From Candidatus Eiseniibacteriota bacterium (lineage in GTDB: Bacteria > Eisenbacteria > RBG-16-71-46): a DNA stretch of 64,000 nucleotides. The stretch covers positions 1 through 64,000 of the forward strand of contig JBBRLX010000021.1 in the NCBI GenBank assembly GCA_038231135.1, given 5' to 3'. Positions 9,218 through 18,707 of this stretch are shown in pieces (within the stretch, counting starts at the first letter, position 1; every line of letters begins with the position of its first letter). The notes below the pieces were generated by a model. The model was not told the DNA's origin. It saw only the letters and a program-made list of their open reading frames with translations, and did not search any database. The translations under genes and the position numbers were made by a program.

Positions 9218-9246
9218 GGAGGGCCCGCCTTGATGGCGGGCCTTCC
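9218..9246 (+). terminator. Probable intrinsic terminator hairpin
   Basis: GGAGGGCCCGCC-ttgat-GGCGGGCCTTCC just after the stop at 9199. Confidence 0.55.
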
Positions 9247-9378
9247 TTAGTTCCTGGCAGGCCGGAACCTCGTTCACTCGTATTCGGCGTGTAAGACTTT
9301 CCACGATTGTATCGCGCGGCACGGCGCGAATGGCGTCTCGTGCCGCTCCTGCGCGGGGAAGTGCTGAATTCATGTTGA

Positions 9379-9393
9379 TGGCATGGTTCATGC
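9379..9393 (+). promoter_or_regulatory. Candidate sigma54 (-24/-12) promoter
   Basis: TGGCATGGTTCATGC has GG-N10-GC spacing and lies about 90 bp upstream of the CDS at 9481. Confidence 0.5.
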
Positions 9394-9480
9394 CGGTTGT
9401 GGGGCCAGCCGGCCATCCGCGGGACGGCATGCATACGCCGTCGATGTTCCGCGGCCCCTCATATCGAAGGAGAGATCGAC

Positions 9481-9675
9481 ATGCCCCTGCTCAACGTGGT
9501 GGTCACCCTCATCGTCGTGGGAGTGCTGTTGTGGCTCGTGAACAGCTATATCCCGATGGACGCGAAGATCAAGCAGATCCTGAACATCGTCGTGGTCATC
9601 GCCGTGGTGCTCTGGCTGCTGAGCGCGTTCGGCCTGATCGGGAATCTCGGCGCCATCCGCGTCGGGCGACATTGA
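9481..9675 (+). CDS. Small two-helix membrane protein (Thivi_2564-like family)
   Basis: LIVVGVLLWLVNSYIPMDAKIKQILNIVVVIAVVLWLL; strong SD AAGGAG. Confidence 0.85.
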   Translation: MPLLNVVVTLIVVGVLLWLVNSYIPMDAKIKQILNIVVVIAVVLWLLSAFGLIGNLGAIRVGRH

Positions 9676-9751
9676 ACAGCCCAGCCGCAACTTCGATCGA
9701 CCCGACAAATCGCAGCGAGGCGCACGCGGATTCGTGGTAGCCTGCGCGGCC

Positions 9752-10270
9752 ATGGATCCGGCCGCGACCCGCATCGACGATTCGCAACGCGAGCTCCGCG
9801 CGCGCCTGGTGGATGCGCTCGGTGGGGCGAACGCACACATGCCATTCGCCGATGTGATCCGTGACGTCCCCGCCGAAGCGCGCGACCGCAAGACCGCGGG
9901 GGCTCCCCACAGTCTGTGGGAGGTGCTCGAGCACCTGCGCATCACGCTGTGGGACATCCTCGAGTTCAGCCGCAACCCCCGTCACGAGAGCCCCGAGTTC
10001 CCGGCCGGCTACTGGCCGGCCGCGGCGTCCACATCAGCGGGCGGCGCGTGGGAGCGCAGCATTGCCGCGTTCGAGACGGATCTCGCGGCGTTCCGCGATC
10101 TGGTCGCGGATCCGCGGCGCGACCTCTACGCGAAGCTCGAGCACCCGCAGGCGAAGCCGCACCACACGCTGCTCCGCGAGGCGATGGTCGTCGTGGATCA
10201 CAACGGCTATCACCTGGGAGAGCTGGTGTTGCTCCGGCGGTTGCTCGGGGTGTGGCCGTCCGCCGGCTAG
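9752..10270 (+). CDS. DinB family protein
   Basis: HSLWEVLEHLRI, GYWP, TLLREAMVVVDHNGYHLGE (His triad). Confidence 0.85.
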   Translation: MDPAATRIDDSQRELRARLVDALGGANAHMPFADVIRDVPAEARDRKTAGAPHSLWEVLEHLRITLWDILEFSRNPRHESPEFPAGYWPAAASTSAGGAWERSIAAFETDLAAFRDLVADPRRDLYAKLEHPQAKPHHTLLREAMVVVDHNGYHLGELVLLRRLLGVWPSAG

Positions 10271-10430
10271 GATGGGTGGTGGCGGATTCCTGCCGCGGCA
10301 TGCGATGGCTCGCCGTGAACAAGCGCTAACTTGCCGCGGCAGGCGTCGAAAGGCATCATCGGCGCCCTACTCTTCTCCACGTCTTGTTGATGAGCAATTG
10401 GTACCGAGAATCAGGAGAGGCCCGCACTCC

Positions 10431-10874
10431 ATGAACCCCGCCAACCCGCACGATCCCGCACTCCTCGCTAAGCGCCACGCCATCGTCATGGAACACATGA
10501 CGGCCGAGAACGCCTATGAATTCGAGCGCTGCATCGATGCGTTCGCGCATCCGCGCTACGAGATCGTGCCCAACGGGACGATCTGGGACGGCCACGACGG
10601 CGTGAACGACCTGCTGCACCAGAACAAGACGGCGTTCCCGGATTTCCACTTCGGACCCGAGACGTTTCATCACTCGGAGACGGCGGTGCTGGTCGAGGGC
10701 CGGTTCAGTGGCACGCACCTCGGAGTGTGGAACGGCATACCGCCCACCGGGAAGAAGATCGACGTGGCGCTGATCATCCTGTTCCTGTTCGAGGGCGATC
10801 GCATGGTATGCGAGCGGACCTACTTCGACGTGCTCACCATCCTCACCCAGATGGGTGTCGCGCCCGGCGCCTGA
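10431..10874 (+). CDS. SnoaL-like ester cyclase (NTF2 fold)
   Basis: AFPDFH...GTHLGVWNGIPPTGKKI...ERTYFD; SD AGGAGAGG. Confidence 0.88.
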   Translation: MNPANPHDPALLAKRHAIVMEHMTAENAYEFERCIDAFAHPRYEIVPNGTIWDGHDGVNDLLHQNKTAFPDFHFGPETFHHSETAVLVEGRFSGTHLGVWNGIPPTGKKIDVALIILFLFEGDRMVCERTYFDVLTILTQMGVAPGA

Positions 10875-10876
10875 CG

Positions 10877-11452
10877 ATGATCCCGCTCGGGACGGCCATC
10901 GACAGCCCGCAGACGGGCGAGCGCATGATCTTCCGCTCCACACAGGATTCCTCGGGGGGCACGCTGTTCCAGGCCGAGCTGATCGTGCAGCCGGGGGCCT
11001 ACGTGGTGCGCTCGCACATCCATCCGCGCCAGGAGGAGCGCTTCGTGGTGCTCGAGGGCCGCTACGGGTGGACGATCGGCGGCAAGAGCGGCGTCGGCAG
11101 CCCGGGCGAGACGCTGATCTGCCCGATCGGCGTCCCGCACAGCCAGTGGAACGCCGGCGACACGCCGATGCGCATCTACTACGAGCACCGGCCCGCACTC
11201 ACGTCGTCGGAAGTGTTCTTCGAGACGCAGTTCGGGCTCAGCCGCGAGGGCAAACTCACGCCCGCCGGCGGCATCCGGATGCCCCAGGCCGCGGTGCTGC
11301 TGTCCGAAGTGAGCGACTTCATCCACCCCGAGAGCCCGCCGCTGTGGCTTCAGAATCTCGTGTTCCCGCCGGCCGCCCTGATCGGACGCCTGCTGGGATT
11401 CCGCGCCCGTTATCCCAGGTACGCGGCGACGGGGACCGGACCGCGCACCTGA
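10877..11452 (+). CDS. Cupin domain protein
   Basis: HIHPRQEERF...GVPHSQWN cupin motifs; starts 2 nt after the upstream stop. Confidence 0.85.
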   Translation: MIPLGTAIDSPQTGERMIFRSTQDSSGGTLFQAELIVQPGAYVVRSHIHPRQEERFVVLEGRYGWTIGGKSGVGSPGETLICPIGVPHSQWNAGDTPMRIYYEHRPALTSSEVFFETQFGLSREGKLTPAGGIRMPQAAVLLSEVSDFIHPESPPLWLQNLVFPPAALIGRLLGFRARYPRYAATGTGPRT

Positions 11453-11480
11453 GGTTTGCGGGTCGAGGCCGCACTCGAGA

Positions 11481-14051
11481 TCAGCGTCCGAGCGCCGTGA
11501 CCCAACCCCAGTCGCACTCGTCCGCAGCGCTCCAGCCGCCGATGGGCGGCCCAGACGGCGGATCCGAGGGCGCACCCAGCGACTCGGCCGCATTCGCCGG
11601 CCGGGCGAGCCAGCGCGAGATGTCGGCGGCGAGCGTCGCGCGCAGCGCCTGATCCGCGGGCTCGCCGGTGTGCGCGCCGTGCGCGAGGTCGGACGCCAGA
11701 CGTCGCAGCGTCGCTTCCAGCGCGGCGTGCACCGCGGGGGCCTGCGCCGGCGCCGCCGCGGCCGCGAGCAGCCGGCGCACGGTCGTCGCCTGCACGGTGC
11801 GCCGGATCTCACGCAGCCGCGGCGCTGACGGCATGGCATCCACGAACACCGTGCGCATGAGGGCGTCGAGCAGTTCCTCCACGCCCGGCAGACCCGCGTC
11901 GCGCCGGTGAAAATCCACGAGCCGCGCCAGTCGCTCCGGCGGCAGCAGCATCGCCAGCGTCATGTCGGCCGCGGTGGCGGCCGCACCGAGTGCGTCGAAC
12001 GCCGGGCTCGTATGCGAGCCGAACAGCTCGCGGTGCAGCGGGTAGTCGAGCGACGGCGGCGGCAGCAGCCCCAGCAACTGCTCCGGCACATCGAGCACGG
12101 CGGGCGCGAGCGTGCCGAGCACGGCCGCGAGCGCGGCGCGCTGGCGCGCGGCAGCTACGGGAGTCGCCGGTGGCGACCCATCGCCCCGCACGGCGTAGCT
12201 GTAGTCGAGCCCGCCGATCGACTTGGCCGCCGCCTCGAGCTGGTAGCGGTGATGGAAGTACAGCGGCACCAGCACCTCGGTCAGCGTGCTCTGCGCGGTG
12301 CCCGGTGCGATGTTGTGCGCGCCGAAATGCGCGAGCGCGATGCGCCGCACGGCCAGCGTGTGCGCCAGTTCCGCCACGGGGTCCGCGCCGTTGTCCCACA
12401 TGGCGGCGAGCGGATGCGCCGCCCCCGCGGGACGCGTGTCGTCATCCGACATGTAGACGAACCCCTGGTCGCGATTCTCGCGCAGGATCGCCTCCAGCCC
12501 CGCCCGCTCGTCGGCGCCCGGCGGGAACTGCGTGTAGGCGTAGCGCACCTGCTGCACGTCCCACGCGCCGATGCCGGTCGCGTAGGCGTCGCCGAAGTCG
12601 AGCGTGCTGTCGGCGCGGATGCCGATCTTGGGCGCCGGGTAGTCCATCACCGACGCGCGCCCGGCATACGTGCTGGCCGCGAAGTTGTGCATGAACCCGA
12701 GCGTGTGCCCGACCTCGTGCGCCGCGAGTTGCCGGATGCGCGCGAGACTGAGCTGCACCGGGTCGTCCGGCGTGCCCGTTCCGGATTTCTCGGTGCCGGC
12801 CAGGGCTTCGAAAATCAGGCGGTCCTGCCGGATGCGCAGCGAACCCAGCGTGACATGGCCCTTCAGCATCTCGCCCGTGCGCGGGTCGACGACGCCGCCG
12901 CCGTACGACCAGCCGCGCGTGGCGCGATGCACCCACTCGATGACGTTGTAGCGCACGTCGAGCGGGTCGGCGTCGGGCGGCAGCAGCTTCACCTGGAACG
13001 CGTCGATGAATCCCGCCGCATCGAAGGCCTTCGCCCACCACGATGCACCTTCCACGAGCGCGCTGCGGATCGGCTCGGGAGCCCCCGGATCGACGTAGTA
13101 GACGAGCGGCCGCTTCACACGCGAGCGCGCCGCGGTGGGGTCGAGTTTCTCCAGCCGGTGACGGACCAGCCAGCGGATGTCGATGTCGGCCGCGATCGGT
13201 TGCGAGTAGTCCGCGAACAGCACGTCGAACGAGCCGGACCGCGGGTCCCACGCGCGGGGCACATAGCCATCGTCCGGCAGCCGCACCAGCGAGTGGTGCT
13301 GCACGAGCGTCACCGCCTGCGGCGTGGGCGCCGTGGCGCGGACCTCCGGCCCCGGCTCGTCGCAGGAGAACGTGAGCAGGGCCTCGAACTCGAGATTGTC
13401 CGGGAAGCTTCGGCATGCCACGGGGTCCAGCACGCTGCGATCCTTGTCGAGTGAGAACGTCCCCTGCCCGGCGGTCTTCAACGCGGCGGCCGAGCCGTGC
13501 GCGTCGCGCACCACGAACGACGTGAAGTCCACGAGCAGCCGGCCGTCGGGGGCGGTCGCCGCGACGTCGCCCGCCCACAGCACGGACACCGCGAACGACT
13601 CGCGCACCGCGCGCACCTCGTTGCTGTCGGCGGACTGCGCCCGGTAGCGCAGATTCGGCTGCTCGATGAGCACGCGCCCGCCCACCCGCCGGATCGTCAC
13701 CACGCGCGTGTCGCCCGCCTGGCCGCGATCGAGGCCGACCGGGTTCGAGCCGAGTCCGGTCCGGATGCCTTCGAGGTAGAGAAAGCTCCCGCACTCGCCG
13801 CGCGGACCCTGCGCCTTCGGCAATTCGAGCAGCAGCTTGCCGGTCCTGAGGTCGAGCCAGGTCGTGAGCAGCCCGGTGCGGCGTGTAAACGACTTGGTCG
13901 CGGCGGCAAACGTCGTGGCGGCGGGCGACGCCGGCGCTGCGGCGAGAACCGGCGTGGCGACCGTTGCGCCCGCCAGTACGAAGGCCACGCCGAACCGCGC
14001 GCGCGGTGAACGTCGGACCGCTGTCGTGGTCGTGAACCTCGCTGTCATCAT
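11481..14051 (-). CDS. Secreted zinc-dependent Met-zincin metalloprotease (DUF5117/DUF4953, EcxA-like)
   Basis: AHEVGHTLGFMHN, Met-turn SVMDYP, DPRTGE; signal-like N-terminus. Confidence 0.9.
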   Translation of the reverse strand: MMTARFTTTTAVRRSPRARFGVAFVLAGATVATPVLAAAPASPAATTFAAATKSFTRRTGLLTTWLDLRTGKLLLELPKAQGPRGECGSFLYLEGIRTGLGSNPVGLDRGQAGDTRVVTIRRVGGRVLIEQPNLRYRAQSADSNEVRAVRESFAVSVLWAGDVAATAPDGRLLVDFTSFVVRDAHGSAAALKTAGQGTFSLDKDRSVLDPVACRSFPDNLEFEALLTFSCDEPGPEVRATAPTPQAVTLVQHHSLVRLPDDGYVPRAWDPRSGSFDVLFADYSQPIAADIDIRWLVRHRLEKLDPTAARSRVKRPLVYYVDPGAPEPIRSALVEGASWWAKAFDAAGFIDAFQVKLLPPDADPLDVRYNVIEWVHRATRGWSYGGGVVDPRTGEMLKGHVTLGSLRIRQDRLIFEALAGTEKSGTGTPDDPVQLSLARIRQLAAHEVGHTLGFMHNFAASTYAGRASVMDYPAPKIGIRADSTLDFGDAYATGIGAWDVQQVRYAYTQFPPGADERAGLEAILRENRDQGFVYMSDDDTRPAGAAHPLAAMWDNGADPVAELAHTLAVRRIALAHFGAHNIAPGTAQSTLTEVLVPLYFHHRYQLEAAAKSIGGLDYSYAVRGDGSPPATPVAAARQRAALAAVLGTLAPAVLDVPEQLLGLLPPPSLDYPLHRELFGSHTSPAFDALGAAATAADMTLAMLLPPERLARLVDFHRRDAGLPGVEELLDALMRTVFVDAMPSAPRLREIRRTVQATTVRRLLAAAAAPAQAPAVHAALEATLRRLASDLAHGAHTGEPADQALRATLAADISRWLARPANAAESLGAPSDPPSGPPIGGWSAADECDWGWVTALGR

Positions 14052-14155
14052 CGCCTCGAAATCGGAATGGTGCTCTGGACGACGAGTGAGCGGGCGACGA
14101 TAGGGTCGGGACGTGCATCGGTCCAGCGAATCGGACCATCGGCTGCGCTCGGTTT

Positions 14156-15073
14156 TCAGGGCCGGCTCATCCACTCCCGCCTCACGAACTCCAGAATCGC
14201 GGGCCCCGCCGTCTTGTCGGGCCGGCTCAGCGTGAGCACGATCCGGGAATGGCTCTCCCCCGGCACGACCGTCAGGCGCACGTTCGCGCCCTGCTGACGC
14301 AGCGCGTCCTCCAGCAGGTGCGCCTGACGTTTCAGGGCCGGCTTCTCGCCGCCCGAATGGAGGATCAGGAACGGCGGCGCGGCGCGGGTCACGTAATGGA
14401 CCGGCGACGCGACGGTCTTCCACTGCTCCGTGGCATCCTGTCCGCGAAACCGCTTCTCGTAGTACGTCCGGCTCTCGCCCAGCTCGTAGGTCTTCGAGTC
14501 GGCGATGTCGAGTCCCGCGCCGCTCACGATGATGGCGCCGCGCACGGGAGTGAAGTCCGGTGACGTGGTGTCCAGCGCCACGAACGCGGAGAGATACCCT
14601 CCGGCCGAATGGCCCATCAGGAAGATGTCGTCGGGCCGCCCGCCGTGCTCCCGGATGTGATCGTGGATCCAGCGTGTGGCCTGCCTCGCGTCCGCCACCT
14701 GGCCGCGCCAGTCGGTCGCGGGCTGCAGCCGGTAGTTGATCACGGCCACGCCGATGCCTTGCGATGCGTAGAAGCGCCCGACATTCGCATACACGTCCGC
14801 GCCGCCCGCGCGCAGCGACTTGTCGCCTTCGGTCCAGTTGCCCCCGTGAACGAACAGCATGACCGGCCAGTCGCGTCCCGCCGGCAGGTAGAGATCGAGC
14901 CGGTGCGGATTGTCGCAGGCCGCCGCGGGTGCGTAGCACACGTCGCGGATGATCTGCGCTGCGGGGAGGTCGGCGCGCCGGTAGAGCAGCTTGACTCCCA
15001 CCCGCGTCACGACGGAACAGCCGGAGAGACCCACGACGCAGGCGATTACGAGAGTGCCGGACAGGATTCTCAT
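14156..15073 (-). CDS. Alpha/beta hydrolase (HSL-like esterase), probable lipoprotein
   Basis: FVHGGNW, GHSAG nucleophile elbow, C-terminal ESH; lipobox LSGC. Confidence 0.88.
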   Translation of the reverse strand: MRILSGTLVIACVVGLSGCSVVTRVGVKLLYRRADLPAAQIIRDVCYAPAAACDNPHRLDLYLPAGRDWPVMLFVHGGNWTEGDKSLRAGGADVYANVGRFYASQGIGVAVINYRLQPATDWRGQVADARQATRWIHDHIREHGGRPDDIFLMGHSAGGYLSAFVALDTTSPDFTPVRGAIIVSGAGLDIADSKTYELGESRTYYEKRFRGQDATEQWKTVASPVHYVTRAAPPFLILHSGGEKPALKRQAHLLEDALRQQGANVRLTVVPGESHSRIVLTLSRPDKTAGPAILEFVRREWMSRP

Positions 15074-15248
15074 GAGTGCACATCCTACGTGACCGTGACG
15101 GTCATCGCCGAATATGAAGTCCCCGCGCCATGAACACGAGCTCGCGCCGGGGCTCGTCCACCTCGGAGCCGGGAGGACGCGCAGACCCGGCACGGAGAGA
15201 CGCCCCACACGAGGTTCGTGGCGCGTCCCGGTGTAGATTGGGGGGCTC

Positions 15249-16514
15249 ATGACTCCCGGCTCGCGACTCCTCGCCAACCTGCGTTCGATGACCGGCGGCC
15301 TGCCGCGTCCGTTCTGGGTGATCTGGGCAGGCACGTTCGTCAATCGCTGCGGCAGCTTCGTGCTGCCGTTCCTCGCGATCTACCTGACCGAAGCGCGTGG
15401 CCTGTCAATCACGCAGGCCGGCCTGGTGGTGTCGATCTACGGCGCCGGCGGCGCGATCGCGGCCCCGCTCGGCGGCTTTCTCGCCGATCGCGTGGGTCGG
15501 CGTTCTACGCTGATCACGGCGCTCGGCCTGGGAGGCGCGGGCATGATCGCGATCGGGTTCGCGCACCGCATCCAGGTGATCGCGCCCGCGATGTTCTGCG
15601 TGGCGGCGGTGTCCGAGATGTACCGGCCGGCCATGCAGGCGGCCGTTGCCGACCTGGTGCCGCCGCACGACCGGGTGCGCGCCTACGGCCTGATCTACTG
15701 GGTCATCAACCTGGGTTTCGCGATCGGCCTCGCGGTCGGCGGCACACTCGCGAGCGTGTCGTTTCGCTGGCTGTTCGTGGGGGATGGCGCCACGACGCTG
15801 CTGTTCGCGCTGCTGATCGGGCTCGGGCTGCCCGAGACGCGGCCGGCGCGGGCGCCGCGGGCCGCGGGCGCCGCCGTGTTGTCGTCGTGGGGAGAGTTCA
15901 CCGCACCCTATCGCGACCTGCCGTTCGTGCTGTTCCTCGGTCTGAGCCTGCTGTTCGCGATCGTGTTCATGCAGAATTCGACCACGTTCCCGCTCGACAT
16001 GGCGGCTCACGGCGTGTCGAAATCGACGTTTGGGTTGATCCTCGCCATGAACGGCGTGCTGATCGTGCTGATCCAGCCCGTGCTGGGGCCGGCCCTGACG
16101 CGCCGCAACCGCTCGCGCACGATCGCGGCCGGGGCACTGGTGGTGGGGCTCGGGTTCGGGCTCAACGCGATCGCGAGGATCGCGCCGGTATACGCGCTCG
16201 GCGTCGCGATCTGGACGCTGGGCGAGATCGCGGTGCTGCCGGTCGCGAATGCGCTCGTGGCCGATCTGGCGCCGCCGGAGCTGCGCGGCCGGTACCAGGG
16301 CGCCTACAGCCTGTCGTTCGGGCTCGCGGTCTGCGTGTCGCCGGCGCTCGGAACGCTCGTGCTGCAACGACTGGGTGGCACCGTATTGTGGGTGGGATGT
16401 TTCGCCATCGGGCTCGCCATCGCGGCCGGGCACCTGGCGCTGTCGCGCTCGCTGATGCGCATGCGGGCCGAACGAATCGCCGCACACCAGCCGCCGCGCG
16501 TCATGGAGGCATGA
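15249..16514 (+). CDS. MFS transporter (MdtH-like)
   Basis: GGFLADRVGRR motif A; about 12 hydrophobic segments; APPELRGRYQG. Confidence 0.9.
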   Translation: MTPGSRLLANLRSMTGGLPRPFWVIWAGTFVNRCGSFVLPFLAIYLTEARGLSITQAGLVVSIYGAGGAIAAPLGGFLADRVGRRSTLITALGLGGAGMIAIGFAHRIQVIAPAMFCVAAVSEMYRPAMQAAVADLVPPHDRVRAYGLIYWVINLGFAIGLAVGGTLASVSFRWLFVGDGATTLLFALLIGLGLPETRPARAPRAAGAAVLSSWGEFTAPYRDLPFVLFLGLSLLFAIVFMQNSTTFPLDMAAHGVSKSTFGLILAMNGVLIVLIQPVLGPALTRRNRSRTIAAGALVVGLGFGLNAIARIAPVYALGVAIWTLGEIAVLPVANALVADLAPPELRGRYQGAYSLSFGLAVCVSPALGTLVLQRLGGTVLWVGCFAIGLAIAAGHLALSRSLMRMRAERIAAHQPPRVMEA

Positions 16515-17359
16515 TGTTCAAAACCGTCGCCGATGAGCTATGGGTGTTCGATGCCGAGTGGGTGCCCGATGCCCCGACCGGCCGGCGCGTGTACGGGCTG
16601 CCGCCCGACATGCCGGATGCCGCGGTCGTCGAGCACATGTTCAAGGCCGCCGGCGCGACCGCGGAGGACCCGCGGCCGTTCCTCAAGACGGTCCTGTGCC
16701 GCGTGGTGTCGATCTCGGCCATCAAGCGGTACGCCACGCGCAGCCATCCTATTGCGCTCGACATGAAGTCGCTGCCGGAGGCGGGTGAGGGCGCGCTCGA
16801 CGAGGCGGCGCTGATCTCGCGGTTCCTGGAATCCGCGGGCAAGACCAAGCCGCAGCTCGTCGGCTACAACATCCGCGGCGCGGACCTGCCGATCCTGATC
16901 CAGCGCGCCATGGCGCTGGGCATCGCGGCGCCGGGGTTCTGCAAGCGCCCGGACCGGCCGTGGGACGGCGCCGACTACTTCCACTCGTCGAGCGACGGCG
17001 TCGTCGACCTGATGGACGTCTACGGCATCCGCGGGCGCGGGTCGCCGTCGCTGCACGAGCTGGCCAGCGCCGCGGCGATCCCCGGCAAGCTCGACACCGC
17101 GGGCGACCAGGTGTTCGACCTGTGGCAGGCGGGCGACGTGCGGCGAATCGTCGAGTACAACGAGCACGATGTGATCAGCACGTACCTCGTGTGGCTGCGC
17201 AGCGCGCACCTCGCGGGCTTCCTGACCCCGGCAGCGTTCCAGGCCGAGGAGCGGTTGCTCGAAGCGATGCTGCTCGGCCGCGTCGCCACGGGCGCGCAGC
17301 ACCTGGCGCGCTACCTCGAGCACTGGGCGCCGGGACGGAATGCGGTGACGGCGGGCTGA
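16511..17359 (+). CDS. Predicted PolB-like 3'-5' exonuclease (DEDD)
   Basis: ExoI FDAEW, ExoII GYNIRGADLP, ExoIII YNEHDV; ATGA overlap with the MFS gene. Confidence 0.85.
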   Translation: MMFKTVADELWVFDAEWVPDAPTGRRVYGLPPDMPDAAVVEHMFKAAGATAEDPRPFLKTVLCRVVSISAIKRYATRSHPIALDMKSLPEAGEGALDEAALISRFLESAGKTKPQLVGYNIRGADLPILIQRAMALGIAAPGFCKRPDRPWDGADYFHSSSDGVVDLMDVYGIRGRGSPSLHELASAAAIPGKLDTAGDQVFDLWQAGDVRRIVEYNEHDVISTYLVWLRSAHLAGFLTPAAFQAEERLLEAMLLGRVATGAQHLARYLEHWAPGRNAVTAG

Positions 17360-17378
17360 GGAGCGCGGTCGCGGTTGC

Positions 17379-17924
17379 CTACTCCGCGGTCAACTCGCAC
17401 AGCTTGAGCACCGTGTTCCAGTTGCGGCCGGTGCCGATCGTGTCGAGCCTGCGATCGAAGTAGTCATTCGTGAGTTTCGTGCGGCCCATGCCGTTGGGGC
17501 ACGACAGGTAGACCTCACGCCCCCGCACTTCGAACGCGTCGGGGGGTGACCGCAGCGGATCCAGCTCGGCGATCCGGCGCGCAGGCGGCGCGTCGCGCAG
17601 GAACAGCACGTGCAGCGCCTTCGTCTCGGCGCCCTTGCGCAGGAACGGATTGCCGCGCGACACCGCCACGAGCTCCGCGGCCGAGCGGAGCATGACCGGA
17701 ACGGTCAGCCCGGTCTCCGTGAGGATGCGCTCCGTCACGCGCTTCACGAGCACTCGCAACACGCCCGCCGGGGCGCGGAACACCACGTTCCCGCTCTGAA
17801 TGTAGGTCCGCACGTCGGCGCAGCCGAGGCTCGTGAACGTGGCGACGAGATCGCTCATCGACACACTGTTGCGGCCGCCGACATTGATGCCGCGCAGCAG
17901 GGCGGCGTGCCTGCCGGGCTTCAC
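17379..17924 (-). CDS. DUF1697 domain protein
   Basis: ALLRGINVGG, VRTYIQSGNVVF, TGRNWNTV. Confidence 0.9.
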   Translation of the reverse strand: MKPGRHAALLRGINVGGRNSVSMSDLVATFTSLGCADVRTYIQSGNVVFRAPAGVLRVLVKRVTERILTETGLTVPVMLRSAAELVAVSRGNPFLRKGAETKALHVLFLRDAPPARRIAELDPLRSPPDAFEVRGREVYLSCPNGMGRTKLTNDYFDRRLDTIGTGRNWNTVLKLCELTAE

Positions 17925-18162
17925 CTGCGTGCCGCGGCCCGCGCGGACGGCACGGCACCGGGCACGGCCCGGAGCCCGTCGGCCAGGGGCATATGGTAAA
18001 ACGGGATGACACTCATGATGCGTCGATTGTACATCGAATCATATTCCGTGCTGAAGGACCGCGTGAGTTGTAAGCTGTTCGGCAGTTGTCGGTATTCGCC
18101 GTCGCCGGATCCGAATGGACCGGCGGAGTGAGCCTCACATCCAGACCGGGTGGGAGCCTCCC

Positions 18163-18597
18163 GTGCGCCACACCCTCCTTCCCTTCGCGCTTACGCTGTG
18201 TGCAAGCGCCGCATTCGGAACCGCGTCCGCCGCCACCCCGTCCATCGCGGACTCGACCCTGCCGTTCGTCACCGCGATCGAGGTCGGCTCGCCTCATGGC
18301 GGGCCCGTGATCTGCATGGACGACAGCATCGTGGTGCGGGCGTATGGGGTGTTCCCCAACCCGTGTTTCCGGGTACGTATCGAAACGCTGGACGACTCCG
18401 CCTCACCTCTGCCCCGGCCGCCCATCGTGCGATTCGTCGTCGAACGCGACTGTCTCCGCTTGAATTGCCCACGAGTGTCGTCGCCGTGGAACGCACGCGT
18501 GGTGTTGCCGCCACTGCCTCCGGGCCGCTATGACCTGATCGCGCAGTTGGCGTTGGCCCAGACCTGGTCGCGCACGCTGGTGCTGCTGGGGCGCTGA
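18163..18597 (+). CDS. Hypothetical secreted Cys/Pro-rich protein, possibly internally deleted
   Basis: GTG start after GGGAG; signal peptide ending ASA; four Cys in the mature part; PPLPPGRYDL. Confidence 0.6.
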   Translation: MRHTLLPFALTLCASAAFGTASAATPSIADSTLPFVTAIEVGSPHGGPVICMDDSIVVRAYGVFPNPCFRVRIETLDDSASPLPRPPIVRFVVERDCLRLNCPRVSSPWNARVVLPPLPPGRYDLIAQLALAQTWSRTLVLLGR

Positions 18598-18707
18598 AGC
18601 ACGCGGTCGCGTGCGCCGGCGGTATTAGCCGCGCGCACGCGACCCATTTTGCCGAGCATCCGGCCTGCCGCCTGCTGCAACGAGCGATCCGAGTTCGCTA
18701 AGCGCGC

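Noticed and set aside
11481..15083. 1200-aa ORF suggesting a hydrolase-protease fusion
   Set aside because: The upstream part is an off-frame read through the alpha/beta hydrolase gene. The protease starts near 14051.
15218..17359. 713-aa ORF overlapping the MFS gene
   Set aside because: The first 431 aa are Arg/Gly-rich off-frame sequence. The exonuclease starts at 16511 with an SD (GGAGG).
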